Below, piece by piece: positions 1-8,941 of a DNA stretch of 64,000 nt; within the stretch, counting starts at the first letter, position 1; each line of letters opens with the position of its first letter. Origin of the DNA: Dehalococcoidia bacterium (lineage in GTDB: Bacteria; Chloroflexota; Dehalococcoidia; UBA2979); assembly GCA_050250415.1 (NCBI GenBank), contig JBFWOO010000003.1, positions 67,491 to 131,490 of the forward strand, given 5' to 3'. The notes below the pieces were generated by a model. It saw only the letters and a list, made by a program, of their open reading frames with translations. It searched no databases and was not told the origin of the DNA. A program made the position numbers and the translations under genes.

Positions 1-189
<189 letters not shown>

Positions 190-349
190 TCAGTCCCTTC
201 GGCTGTCCGCCCCGGCCCGGAAGCGTCCGGTGGCGTGGGGGGCGGGGTGGATTCGACGTGCCGCACCGGAGGGGTGGTGCGGCACGCCGGCGGTCAGTGG
301 GGCCGGCGGCGGGCCGGCGACGGACGGGCGCGACGAGCCTGCGGGGAGG

Positions 350-676
350 CTACTTCTTGCCCTTCTTGGCGGGAGCGGCGGCCTCGTCCAGCTTCGCGAG
401 GACGTCCTGGAAGCGGATGATGATGTACTCGGTGCCGTCCACGGTGACTTCCTGGCCGGTGTACTTCTGGTACAGGATGCGGTCGCCCGAGGCGAGGTCG
501 ATGGTGTCGAGATCGCCCTTGTCGTTGCGCTTGCCGGGGCCGACGGCGACGACGTGGCCGTGCTGCGGCTTCTCCTTGGCGGAGTCCGGGATGACGAGGC
601 CGGAGGCGGAGATCTCCTCCTGCTCCACCGGGCTGAGGACGATGTGGTCGGTCATCGGGACAACGTTCGTGGCCAA
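350..676 (-). CDS. groS: Co-chaperonin GroES (10 kDa chaperonin)
   Basis: 108-aa ORF MATNVVPMTDHIVLSPVEQEE...GDRILYQKYTGQEVTVDGTEYIIIRFQDVLA with the typical GroES length and motifs. It sits upstream of groEL on the minus strand. Confidence 0.95.
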   Translation of the reverse strand: MATNVVPMTDHIVLSPVEQEEISASGLVIPDSAKEKPQHGHVVAVGPGKRNDKGDLDTIDLASGDRILYQKYTGQEVTVDGTEYIIIRFQDVLAKLDEAAAPAKKGKK

Positions 677-919
677 GGCACCAGTCTCCTTCTACAGCGT
701 TCGGCCCCGGATCCGGCGTCCGCGCCGGCGTCCCGCGGGACGTCCGGTTCGGACCCTCGCGCGCTCCGGGAGTTCGCGCTCGTCCAGCCGTGTCGATGTG
801 CGGTGCGCGGGTCGCGCGTCCGTGGCGACCGCTGAGCGGCGGCGCGATGCCGTCCGCAGCGAGCCGAAGATGCGTTCCCCGTCGCAGAGACCGCCTCGCG
901 GCGGCCTCCGGGCGGGATG

Positions 920-946
920 TTAGCACTCACCCCATGAGAGTGCTAG
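920..946. promoter_or_regulatory. CIRCE inverted repeat (HrcA operator) upstream of groES-groEL
   Basis: TTAGCACTC-accccatga-GAGTGCTAG matches the CIRCE consensus TTAGCACTC-N9-GAGTGCTAA with one mismatch. It is about 245 bp upstream of the groES start, on the groES side of the divergent region. Confidence 0.8.
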
Positions 947-1039
947 CCCCCGCCGGCAGTTCCTCGAGAACTCTCCGTCGCCCCGCCGTCACCCGGCTGG
1001 GCCTGAACCGACCCCGCCCGCGGTGGGGCCGCGGGGGGC

Positions 1040-1129
1040 GGCAGGTCGTGATCGCAGGGTGTGATGGCAGGGTGTGACGGCAGGGTGTGACGGCAGGGTG
1101 CGATGGCAGGGTGACGGGCAGGGTGTGAC
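1040..1129. repeat. 13-bp direct tandem repeat, about 6-7 copies (GGCAGGGTGTGAC variants)
   Basis: Direct reading: cgcagggtgtgat ggcagggtgtgac ggcagggtgtgac ggcagggtgcgat ggcagggtgacg ggcagggtgtgac, preceded by a degenerate copy ggcaggtcgtgat. The array is intergenic, between CIRCE and the divergent + strand ORF. Confidence 0.8.
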
Positions 1130-1144
1130 AGATGCGCCTCCGGC

Positions 1145-2380
1145 GTGCGGGGCGGATCCCCCATGCTTCCACGCATGTATGCCCGCGCCCCGAGAGCCCT
1201 CGCGGCGACGCCCGTCCCCGGTGCGGCGCGCCCGCCGGACGCGCCCGAGCGTCCCACCCTCCGCGAGCGTCCCGCCCTCCGGGAGCGTCCCGAGACGTAC
1301 GTCGCCGGGGACCCGGCCCCCTTCCCCGAGTCAACGCTCACGGCGCTGTGGCTGCTCGGGCGCGTCCCGGGCGGGGCGCTGCCGTGGCCGCTCCTGCACG
1401 CCGGGCGCGCGGGGCGTGGGCCCGGCCCGGACGTGCGCGACGCGACCTTCCTCGGACCGTCCGGCGCCACGCTCGCCGGGGACGTGGAGGTGCACCTCCG
1501 CGCCACCGACTTCGCCCGCCACGGCCACGCGGAGGACCCGGGGTACGCGGGCGTGGTGCTGCACCTCTGCTGGGAGGACGACCGCGCGGCGCCGGGCACG
1601 CCGACGCCGCTGCCCGGCGGCGGCGCTGCGCCGACCGTGGCGTTACGTGGGGTGCTCACCGCCCGCGACGTCGAGCGGCTGGTCACCCTCGGGCCGGACG
1701 TGGCGACGACGGCGCCGCCCTGTGCGGACACCGGGCGCGAGGAGGGGCACGGGGCCGCGGAGTCCGTGGTGGACGCGGTGCGCGCCGAGGGCCGGCGGCG
1801 ACTGGCGGAGCGGACGTGGCGCGCCTGGCGGCTCGCGGACCGTTACGGCTTCGACGGCGCGTTCACGATGCTCCTCGACCGGGCGCTCGCTTCGACGGCG
1901 GGACGCGTGCACGAGTCCGAGGAGCGGCGGGCCACCCTGTCGGCGGCGATCCTCGCGGCGCTGGGCCCGGACGCGGTGGAGGCGCTCGCGGAGCACGCGC
2001 TCGCGTCTCGCACGCGCCCGGGGGGGATGCCGGGGGGACGCGCGGGGTTCGCCGAGGTGCTCCGGGTGGAGGGAGTCGGCGCGGCGCGCGCGGCGGAGCT
2101 GGCGTGGAACGCGGCGCTGCCGCTGGTGGCGGCGCTTGCCGCGGCCTACGACGACATCGGCCTCGCACGCGCCACGGCGGCCCTGGCCGAGGGCTGGCCG
2201 GCGCCGCGTCCCTACGGGCGGACGCGCGCGCTCGCGTCGGCGCTCGGGGCGACGCCGGCACGCGGGCGGGCGGGGGCGCTGTACGCGCAGGGGTTGCTCC
2301 ATCTGCAGGACCTCTGGTGTTCGCGCGGTGGCTGTGGGGTGTGCCCGCTCTCGCCGAGGGCGACCCCGGGTGAGGCCTAG
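1145..2380 (+). CDS. Conserved hypothetical protein (possibly DUF2851-like; His-rich motif DFARHGHAEDPGYAGVVLHLCWED)
   Basis: Long ORF with strong GC3 bias in this frame, sitting between groES and tsaD. The exact start is uncertain (in-frame Met codons at 1145, 1163 and 1175). The family assignment is from memory of a motif only. Confidence 0.5.
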   Translation: MRGGSPMLPRMYARAPRALAATPVPGAARPPDAPERPTLRERPALRERPETYVAGDPAPFPESTLTALWLLGRVPGGALPWPLLHAGRAGRGPGPDVRDATFLGPSGATLAGDVEVHLRATDFARHGHAEDPGYAGVVLHLCWEDDRAAPGTPTPLPGGGAAPTVALRGVLTARDVERLVTLGPDVATTAPPCADTGREEGHGAAESVVDAVRAEGRRRLAERTWRAWRLADRYGFDGAFTMLLDRALASTAGRVHESEERRATLSAAILAALGPDAVEALAEHALASRTRPGGMPGGRAGFAEVLRVEGVGAARAAELAWNAALPLVAALAAAYDDIGLARATAALAEGWPAPRPYGRTRALASALGATPARGRAGALYAQGLLHLQDLWCSRGGCGVCPLSPRATPGEA

Positions 2381-2517
2381 GGCGGGGCGCCTCGCCGCCG
2401 GTGACGCCGGCCGCCCGGGTGCTGACCGTCCCGTCTCCGTCTGGGGTGGGGTCCTCGGGCGGAACCTCGGGCAGGGCGCCACGGGCCGGTGCTTCAGGCG
2501 TGGGTGCCCGGGCAGCC

Positions 2518-3564
2518 TCAGGCGGTGCGGGCGGCGCGCTTGACGGCCGCGCGACGGACGGCGGTGCTGAAGATGTCCAGCGGGGTCTCTGCCGGGACGG
2601 CGGCGTCCAGGTGGCGGAAGGCGGCGGCGGCGATCATCGCGCCGTTGTCCGTACAGAGCACCGGGGGCGGGATGTGCACGGGCACCGGTGACTCCTCGCG
2701 GATGCGCTCGCGGAGGCGGCGGTTCGCGGCGACGCCGCCCGCGACGAGGAGGCTCGCGACGCCCTCGCGCTCGGCGGCGCGCGCCGCCTTCTTCGCCAGC
2801 ACGTCGCAGACTGACTCCTCGAACGCCCAGGCGATCTCGGCCGGCGCCGGCGCGTCCGGGGAGGCGACGAGGTTGGCGACGGCGGTCTTGAGGCCGGAGA
2901 ACGAGAAGTCGTCGCTGCCGCGGAGCCAGGCGCGCGGGAGGCGCGTGCGCCGCGCCTCGGCGGTCGCCGCGAGCCGGGAGATCGGCGGGCCGCCCGGGTA
3001 GGGGAGGTCGAGCAGGCGCGCGACCTTGTCGAAGGCTTCACCGGCGGCGTCGTCGCGGGTGCCGCCGAGGCGCTGGAACTGGCCGTGCTCCTCCATGAGG
3101 AGCAGCTCGCTGTGGCCACCGGAGACGACGAGGGCGAGCGCCGGCAGCTCCGGCTGGACCTCCGCCGTCTGCCCGACCGCGGTCGGGAGCCAGTTCGCGG
3201 CGACGTGGCCTTCGATGTGGTCGACGGGGATCAGCGGCAGGCCGCGGGCGAAGGCGAGGCCGCGCGCCGCGTTGAAGCCGATGAGCAGGGCGCCGGGCAG
3301 GCCGGGGCCGGCGGTGACGGCGATCGCGTCGAGGTCGTCCCACCTGCACTCAGCATCGGCGAGGGCGCGGCGGACGACGGGGACGAGCGCGGCGAGGTGG
3401 GCGCGCGCGGCGACCTCCGGCACGACGCCGCCGGTGGCGGCGTGGAGGTCGCCCTGGCTGGCGACGACGTTGCTTTCGAGGCGGAGCGGGCCGTCCTCGC
3501 CGACGCGGGAGACGACGGCGGCGGCGGTCTCGTCGCAGGAGGTCTCGATGCCGAGGATGCGCAT
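2518..3564 (-). CDS. tsaD: tRNA N6-adenosine threonylcarbamoyltransferase TsaD (Kae1/Gcp family)
   Basis: MRILGIETSCDETAAAVV... N-terminus and overall Kae1/TsaD similarity across the 348-aa ORF. ATG start at 3564-3562. Confidence 0.95.
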   Translation of the reverse strand: MRILGIETSCDETAAAVVSRVGEDGPLRLESNVVASQGDLHAATGGVVPEVAARAHLAALVPVVRRALADAECRWDDLDAIAVTAGPGLPGALLIGFNAARGLAFARGLPLIPVDHIEGHVAANWLPTAVGQTAEVQPELPALALVVSGGHSELLLMEEHGQFQRLGGTRDDAAGEAFDKVARLLDLPYPGGPPISRLAATAEARRTRLPRAWLRGSDDFSFSGLKTAVANLVASPDAPAPAEIAWAFEESVCDVLAKKAARAAEREGVASLLVAGGVAANRRLRERIREESPVPVHIPPPVLCTDNGAMIAAAAFRHLDAAVPAETPLDIFSTAVRRAAVKRAARTA

Positions 3565-3573
3565 ACGGCCAGT

Positions 3574-4137
3574 CTAGCGGTCGCCGGCGTCGGTGGCCGA
3601 TCGCCAGGAGGCGTCCTCGGCGCCGGGGTCCGGGACGAGGCGCTGGGCGGCCGCCATGAACTCCTCGAACAGGTCGGCGAGCAGCAGCTGGCGGTCGGGG
3701 GCGAGCTGAGCGAGGACGGCGGCGAAGTCGGGCTCGCGCTGGGATTCGACCTCGGCGAGGACGGTGGCGCCGGCCTCGGTGAGCGAGAGGCGGGTGACGC
3801 GGCGGTCCTGCGGGTCCGCCTCGCGACGGACGAAGCCGAGCGCGGCCACGCGGTCCACGAGCCCGGTGAGCGAGGAGCCGCCGAGGCCGATCGCCTGCCC
3901 GACTTCGCCCGTGGCGGCGCCGGCGGCGTCACGGACGGCGAAGAGGAGGCGCAGCTGCGGGAGGGTGAGGCCGCGGCGCTCCCAGAGGTCGAGGCGCAGC
4001 GGCTCCACGAGCGCGAGGAAGCGGACAAGCGCGTCCTTCAGGCGGAAGGACGCGTCCGCGAGCTGGGCGTCCGTCGGGTGGGCGTCCGTCGGGTGGGCGT
4101 CGGTCGGGTGGGCGTCCGTGGGGTGGTCGCGGTGCAC
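3574..4137 (-). CDS. MarR-family transcriptional regulator with an N-terminal (HPTDA)x4 peptide repeat
   Basis: Core ...LTLPQLRLLFAVRDAAGATGEVGQAIGLGGSSLTGLVDRVAALGFVRREADPQDRRVTRLSLTEAG... is a typical MarR wHTH. GTG start at 4137 is preceded by GAAGGGAGG about 9 nt upstream, so the repeat tract is probably translated. Confidence 0.8.
   Translation of the reverse strand: MHRDHPTDAHPTDAHPTDAHPTDAQLADASFRLKDALVRFLALVEPLRLDLWERRGLTLPQLRLLFAVRDAAGAATGEVGQAIGLGGSSLTGLVDRVAALGFVRREADPQDRRVTRLSLTEAGATVLAEVESQREPDFAAVLAQLAPDRQLLLADLFEEFMAAAQRLVPDPGAEDASWRSATDAGDR
4065..4124. repeat. 15-nt in-frame tandem repeat x4 (gggcgtccgtcgggt) encoding HPTDA repeats in the MarR N-terminus
   Basis: Four near-identical 15-mers on the + strand; the minus-strand translation is HPTDAHPTDAHPTDAHPTDA. 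Confidence 0.85.
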
Positions 4138-4269
4138 GGCGGGCGGCCTCCCTTCAGCCTCATCCTACGTGGCGCGGGGAGTGTGGCGCGTCCGCGATTG
4201 AGCCTCCGCCCTCGGCCCGTATACTGGCTCGACGGGCCCGCGCTGTGTTGCGTCGGCCTGCCCCAGTCC

Positions 4270-4344
4270 GCCGCTGTAGCTCAGGGGCAGAGCAGCTGTT
4301 TCGTAAACAGCAGGTCGTGGGTTCGAATCCCACCGGCGGCTCCA
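4270..4344 (+). tRNA. tRNA-Thr (anticodon CGT)
   Basis: 75-nt cloverleaf. Acceptor stem GCCGCTG/CGGCGGC with one G-U pair. Anticodon stem GCTGT/ACAGC with loop TTCGTAA (anticodon CGT). T-arm GTGGG-TTCGAAT-CCCAC. 3' CCA is encoded. Confidence 0.9.
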
Positions 4345-4437
4345 CTCCAACCGATCACCACGCGAACCACGTCCTGGCCCGCCGCCGTCCGCACTGGCGC
4401 GATGCACCCGGCGGGCCCCCAGCGATCGAGGCCGACG

Positions 4438-5154
4438 ATGAGCAAGTTCCGCACGCGCATCCGTGACATCGGCCGGGCGCCGGGCGGCATGGGCTTCGCC
4501 GCGATCGCCCGTCAGGAGCGACCGCGCTACGTGATCGTGGTCGCCGAGGCGGCGAACGCCGACGAGGCGAACGCGGCAGCCGAGGCCGGCGCGGACGCCG
4601 TGGTCTTCGCGGGCGCGATGCCGGCGGGTGCGCCAGGACGCCTCCCCGCGGGGGTGCGGCTGGAGGATGCGACGCGCGACGAGGTGCGCGCGGCGCGCGA
4701 GGCGGGCGCGGACTTCTTCCTCTTCGACGATGGGCGCACGCACGCGGCGGCGCTGACCGTGGAGGAGATGGGCGCCGTGCTGCTGCTGGGCGCGGACCAG
4801 GACGAGCAGCGGCTGCGCTCGGTCGCCGCGATCGAGCTGGACGCGGTGCTCGTCGAGGCGGAGGCGGACCTGATCACGGTGCGCGAGCAGATCGAGCTCC
4901 GGCGCGTCGCGGCGCTGACCGGCGCGCCGATCCTGCTGCGCTCACTGGGACGCCCGGACGCGGCGATCCTCGAGGCGTGGCGGGACGCGGGCGCTCCGGC
5001 GGTGCTGGTGCCGGCGGCGGACGTGGCGGCGACGCTGGAGGCGGCGCGCGCGGTGCCCGCGCCGCGGCGGGCGGCCGAGCGCCGTCTGCCGATCCTCGGC
5101 GGTCCTGCCCGCGAGGCGGACGGCCACGATCACGACGACGACGACGACGATTAG
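4438..5154 (+). CDS. Hypothetical protein with a C-terminal poly-Asp/His tail (…ADGHDHDDDDDD)
   Basis: GC3-biased frame after the tRNA. The upstream part of the 689-aa six-frame ORF runs through the tRNA and is rejected. An alternative ATG lies at 4402. Confidence 0.5.
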   Translation: MSKFRTRIRDIGRAPGGMGFAAIARQERPRYVIVVAEAANADEANAAAEAGADAVVFAGAMPAGAPGRLPAGVRLEDATRDEVRAAREAGADFFLFDDGRTHAAALTVEEMGAVLLLGADQDEQRLRSVAAIELDAVLVEAEADLITVREQIELRRVAALTGAPILLRSLGRPDAAILEAWRDAGAPAVLVPAADVAATLEAARAVPAPRRAAERRLPILGGPAREADGHDHDDDDDD

Positions 5155-5253
5155 CCGTCCGCGCCGCTTCTTCCGTGGGGCCGGCGCGTCACACGCGTCT
5201 CCGTAGCCCGAGGCGCAAACACACTCATCATTAACGTACACGTCATAGTTGGT

Positions 5254-5283
5254 TTGACGGCCTCGATTCGCCGTCCATAGGAT
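5254..5283 (+). promoter_or_regulatory. Candidate sigma-A-type promoter for merR (TTGACG-18 bp-TAGGAT), implying a leaderless transcript
   Basis: TTGACG at 5254-5259, an 18-nt spacer, and TAGGAT at 5278-5283. The ATG of the MerR gene is at 5290, so the transcript would be leaderless, which is common in actinobacteria. Confidence 0.3.
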
Positions 5284-5289
5284 CACGGC

Positions 5290-5784
5290 ATGACGACGCC
5301 CGCTTCGGAAGACCAGGCGCAGGCGAAGGCCGCGCGGTACCAGATCGGCGAGGTCGCCGAGCGGACCGGCGTGACGCAGCGCACCCTCCGCTTCTACGAG
5401 GAGAAGGGGTTGCTGCGTCCACCCGAGCGGATGGACGGCGGCTTCCGCCTCTACTCCGACGACGACGTGCAGCGGATCGAGTACATCCGCCGGCTCCAGC
5501 AGTACCTGGGGTTCACGCTCGCCGAGATCAAGGAGATGGTGGAGGCGGAGGATCTGCGTCAGCAGATCATCGCGACGTTCCGCCCGGACCGTGAGCTGCC
5601 CGCGCGGCTGGAGCGGGTGAACCGCATCATCGGCGCGCTGGAGCGGCAGCTCGAGGTGGTGGACCACAAGGTGGAGGCGCTGGCGGAGATGCAGGGGGAC
5701 CTGCGCGGGAAGCTGGATCGTGTGACGACGCGGAAGCACGAGCTGGAGGAGGCGATCGCGGCGGATCAGGCCGAGCGGTCGTAG
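5290..5784 (+). CDS. MerR-family transcriptional regulator
   Basis: YQIGEVAERTGVTQRTLRFYEEKGLL is a MerR HTH signature, followed by a coiled-coil dimerisation region. 164 aa. Confidence 0.85.
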   Translation: MTTPASEDQAQAKAARYQIGEVAERTGVTQRTLRFYEEKGLLRPPERMDGGFRLYSDDDVQRIEYIRRLQQYLGFTLAEIKEMVEAEDLRQQIIATFRPDRELPARLERVNRIIGALERQLEVVDHKVEALAEMQGDLRGKLDRVTTRKHELEEAIAADQAERS

Positions 5785-5847
5785 CCGGAGTCGTCCGTGC
5801 GGAGGCGTGACGCCCTCGGGAGACCGAGGGCGTTGTTGTGTCTGCCG

Positions 5848-6430
5848 GCTGGGGCGGCGTCGATGGTCGTGCGGGGCGCCCTCCCCCGGCCCCCTCGCTG
5901 CGCGGGAGGGGGAGAAGGGAGAGGGTGAAACCCCTCCCCCGACGCCCTCCCCTTGCCGGGGGACGGGGCTTCGGACTCGTCGGTGCGAGGGCGGCGTCGA
6001 TGGTCGTGCGGGGCGTCCTCCCCCGACGCCCTCCCCTTGCCGGGGGACGGGGCTTCGGACTCGTCGGTGCGAGGGCGGCGTCGGTGCGAGGGCGGCGTCG
6101 ATGCTGGTGCGGGGCGAGTCCCCCTGCCCCCTCGCTGCGCGGGAGGGGAGAAGGGAGAGGGTGAAACCCCTCCCCCACCCCCCTCCCCTTTCCGGGGGAG
6201 GGGGCTTCGGATCTCGTCGGTGCGAGGGCGGCGTCGATGCCGGTGCGGGGCGCCCTCCCCCCGGCCCCCTCGCTGCGCGGGAGGGGGAGAAGGGAGAGGG
6301 TGAAACCCCTCCCCCGACGCCCTCCCCTTGCCGGGGGACGGGGCTTCGGATCGGTCGGTGCCAGGGCGGGTGTTGCCCCTCCCCCTGGGAGGGGGAGGGT
6401 GGGGAGACGGCGTCTCCTCCGACGAGCTTT
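5848..6430. repeat. Array of about 135-bp GC-rich palindromic repeat units (3 full copies, 1 truncated 83-bp copy, degenerate ends)
   Basis: Repeated unit GGCGGCGTCGATGGTCGTGCGGGGCGCCCTCCCCCGGCCCCCTCGCTGCGCGGGAGGGGGAGAAGGGAGAGGGTGAAACCCCTCCCCCGACGCCCTCCCCTTGCCGGGGGACGGGGCTTCGGACTCGTCGGTGCGAG. Copies at about 5848-5990, 5991-6073 (lacks the GGGAGGGGGAG...CCCCTCCCC module), 6091-6226 and 6227-6364, then a degenerate tail to about 6430. Each unit carries two G/C-run inverted-repeat hairpins. Confidence 0.85.
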
Positions 6431-6433
6431 GAG

Positions 6434-8731
6434 CTATCGCGCCTGGCGGGCGGCCCAGAGCTTGAGGAGGGCGGGCTGGACGAAGGTGGCGGCGATGAGG
6501 GCGTATGCGATCGAGAGGGCGGTGATGGTGCCGAACTGCTGGATCGGGGCGAGCGAGGAGAAGGCCAGCGTGCCGAAGCCGGCAACGGTGGTGGCGGCGG
6601 AGCCGAGGAGGGCGCCGCCGGTGTGGGTGACCACCTCGCTGAGCGCAGCGTCCGGGTCAGAGCGGCCGTCCCACTCGTGGCGGAAGCGGTGGGTGATGTG
6701 GATGCCGTAGGGGACGCCGATGCCGATCGCGAGCGAGGCGACCATCGCGGTGAGGACGTTGAACGACAGGCCGAGCGCCCACATCGATCCGATGATCCAC
6801 GCCGTGACCAGCGTCGAGGGCGTCATGGTGATCAGGCCGAGCAGCGGCTGCCGCCCGACGTACCAGTAGTAGCCGACGAGCAGGATGGCGGAGGCGACGA
6901 GGGTGATGATGATGCCCCGCACCTGTGAGGCCTGGAGCGCGTCCAGGATCTCGTCGATGACGATGACCTGGGAGGTGGCGATCGCCTCGGCGCCGGTCTC
7001 GTCGATCGCGTCGGCGAGCGGGCGGAAGGTGTCGTCGATCGCGTCGGCGCCGTCCTGGCCGGCGGTGGTGGCGGCGGCGATGAGGGCGAGGTCATCCGCG
7101 AGGACGCCGGCCATCGCGGCGGGGTCGGCGTCGCGGGCGGCGTCGTACAGCGCATCGAGGTCGGCGCCCGGGGCGAAGCGCGCGCCGTCCCAACCGTAGC
7201 CGGTGGCCTCGTCGCCGAGGGCCGCGACGGCCACGCTCGGGGGCGAACTGACGTCTGGTTCACCGTCCTGGCCGGTGCGCACGAGCGGGGATGCGCCCAG
7301 GGCGTCCTCCGCGGCGAGCATGGCGTTCGCGACGGCGGGGTCGGAGGCGTCGCCGCGGACGGCGATGTAGGAGCGCTCGCCGAGGTCGCCGCCGAAGTAG
7401 TCCTCCAGCGCCGTGATCGCGCGGTCGGCGAGTGATCCCTCCGGGATGAACTCGTCCTGGCTGAACGTGGTCTCGACCTGCGTGGCCGCGCCGACGGCGA
7501 GCGCGGTCACGATCCCGGCGACGGCGATCACCGCGAGCGGGAAGTGCTTCGAGACGGCGGCGGCGCGCTGCATCAGCCGGGAGAGGCCGACGACGTCGCC
7601 GTCGCCGAGGAGCTGCTCGTCCTCGTCGGGGTGCTCGGCGGTGGCGGGGTCCTCCTTGCGGCGGTCCAGGACGTGGCGCGCGGAGGGGATGAGCACGAGG
7701 AAGACGATGAAGGCGGAGATGACGCCGGCGGCGGTGAAAATGCCGAAGTCAGTGATCGGCGGGAGCGGCGAGGAGATGTTGGTGAGGAAGCCCACGACGG
7801 TGGTGGCGGTGGCGAGCACGAGCGCGCCGCCGACGGTCATGACGGCCGTCGAGGCCGCGCCGCGCGCGGAGGCGCCGCGCCGCTGCTGCTCGCGGTACCG
7901 CCCCGTGAGGTGGATCGCGTAGTCGATGCCGAGGCCGACGAGGAGCACCGGGACGATCGTCGAGATCTGCGAGAGCGGGCCAGTGATGCCGAGGTAGCTC
8001 GGTCCGAGGAGGGCGGCGAGGCCGTAGGTCCAGAGGATCGTGACGATGAGCCCGACGAAACCGAGGACGAGGTCCGTCACGGAGCGGTAGGTGTAGGCGA
8101 GGATCGCGAGCACGAGCAGCAGCGAGATGCCGAGCAGCCGCGGCAGGTCCTCGTTCATGCCCTCCTCGAGCGAGGCGTTGAGGATGCCCTGGCTGAACGG
8201 GATTAGCTCGATGCCGGCGGGCGCGTCGAGCGCCTCCACCGCCGCGCGGATGCCGACGGCGACGTCCTGCGCGTCGAGCGGGGCGAGGGCGGGGTCGAGC
8301 GGGGCGACGACGAGGCCGGCGGTCGCGGTCTCCGCGGTGGCGTCGTAGTCCTGGGAGAGCAGGGCGCCGCCGGTGTCGCGGTCTGCGAAGGAGCTGACGT
8401 CGCCGGCGAGGTGCTCGCCCGCGGCGGTGCGGACGGCCGCGGCGACCTGCTCGGCGAAGGCGATGCCCTCGGCGTCCAGGATGTTGCCATCGCTGTCCGG
8501 CGTCGCCTCGAGGATGACCTGGACGACCTCGCTCTGCCCGCCAAACGCCTCCGCAATGTCATCCAGGGCGACAGCACGCTCGGTCGAGGGGGAGAACGAG
8601 GTGAGGTCGGTCTCGGAGGAGAGGCTCCCGGAGAGGCCGGCGAAGACGACGGTGACGAGGAGCAGCCCGATGAGCGCGAGGCCGGGGCGGCGCGCGACGA
8701 GGGTCGCGAGGATGTCGAGGACGTGGTTCAC
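6434..8731 (-). CDS. MMPL-family (RND superfamily) membrane exporter
   Basis: 765 aa with two blocks of transmembrane helices separated by large periplasmic domains. Typical MMPL motifs (…GIDYAIHL…, …LGVPYGIHITHRFRHE…). GTG start preceded by GAGGTAG. Confidence 0.85.
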   Translation of the reverse strand: MNHVLDILATLVARRPGLALIGLLLVTVVFAGLSGSLSSETDLTSFSPSTERAVALDDIAEAFGGQSEVVQVILEATPDSDGNILDAEGIAFAEQVAAAVRTAAGEHLAGDVSSFADRDTGGALLSQDYDATAETATAGLVVAPLDPALAPLDAQDVAVGIRAAVEALDAPAGIELIPFSQGILNASLEEGMNEDLPRLLGISLLLVLAILAYTYRSVTDLVLGFVGLIVTILWTYGLAALLGPSYLGITGPLSQISTIVPVLLVGLGIDYAIHLTGRYREQQRRGASARGAASTAVMTVGGALVLATATTVVGFLTNISSPLPPITDFGIFTAAGVISAFIVFLVLIPSARHVLDRRKEDPATAEHPDEDEQLLGDGDVVGLSRLMQRAAAVSKHFPLAVIAVAGIVTALAVGAATQVETTFSQDEFIPEGSLADRAITALEDYFGGDLGERSYIAVRGDASDPAVANAMLAAEDALGASPLVRTGQDGEPDVSSPPSVAVAALGDEATGYGWDGARFAPGADLDALYDAARDADPAAMAGVLADDLALIAAATTAGQDGADAIDDTFRPLADAIDETGAEAIATSQVIVIDEILDALQASQVRGIIITLVASAILLVGYYWYVGRQPLLGLITMTPSTLVTAWIIGSMWALGLSFNVLTAMVASLAIGIGVPYGIHITHRFRHEWDGRSDPDAALSEVVTHTGGALLGSAATTVAGFGTLAFSSLAPIQQFGTITALSIAYALIAATFVQPALLKLWAARQAR

Positions 8732-8941
8732 GGTCTACCTCGAAGGGGGCGGCGGCGCGCCGCTGATGGGACGCGGGGATGCGTCGCGTGCGCTTGTGAC
8801 GGGAGGAACAAGACACTTCGCATGATACGAAGTAAGTCAGTCCGCGCAATCGGGGCGCTCCCGGGGGGCCCCGGCGCGCGGGTCCTGCCCGCTCCGGTAC
8901 ACTCACGCCTCGTAAGCAGCCCCACACCGGAGGAGCACCCG

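Noticed and set aside
3085-4437. N-terminal two-thirds of the 689-aa + ORF
   Set aside because: It runs through the MarR gene on the opposite strand and straight through the tRNA-Thr gene. Only the part after the tRNA (4438-5154) is treated as a possible gene.
5848-6430. CRISPR array
   Set aside because: The repeat units are directly adjacent, about 135 bp long and internally palindromic. There are no interspersed unique spacers and no cas genes nearby.
5807-6928. 373-aa and other ORFs inside the repeat array
   Set aside because: The reading frames are produced by the repetitive G/C-run sequence (repeated GRGRRERVKPLP-type peptides). The 3' part overlaps the MMPL gene on the other strand.
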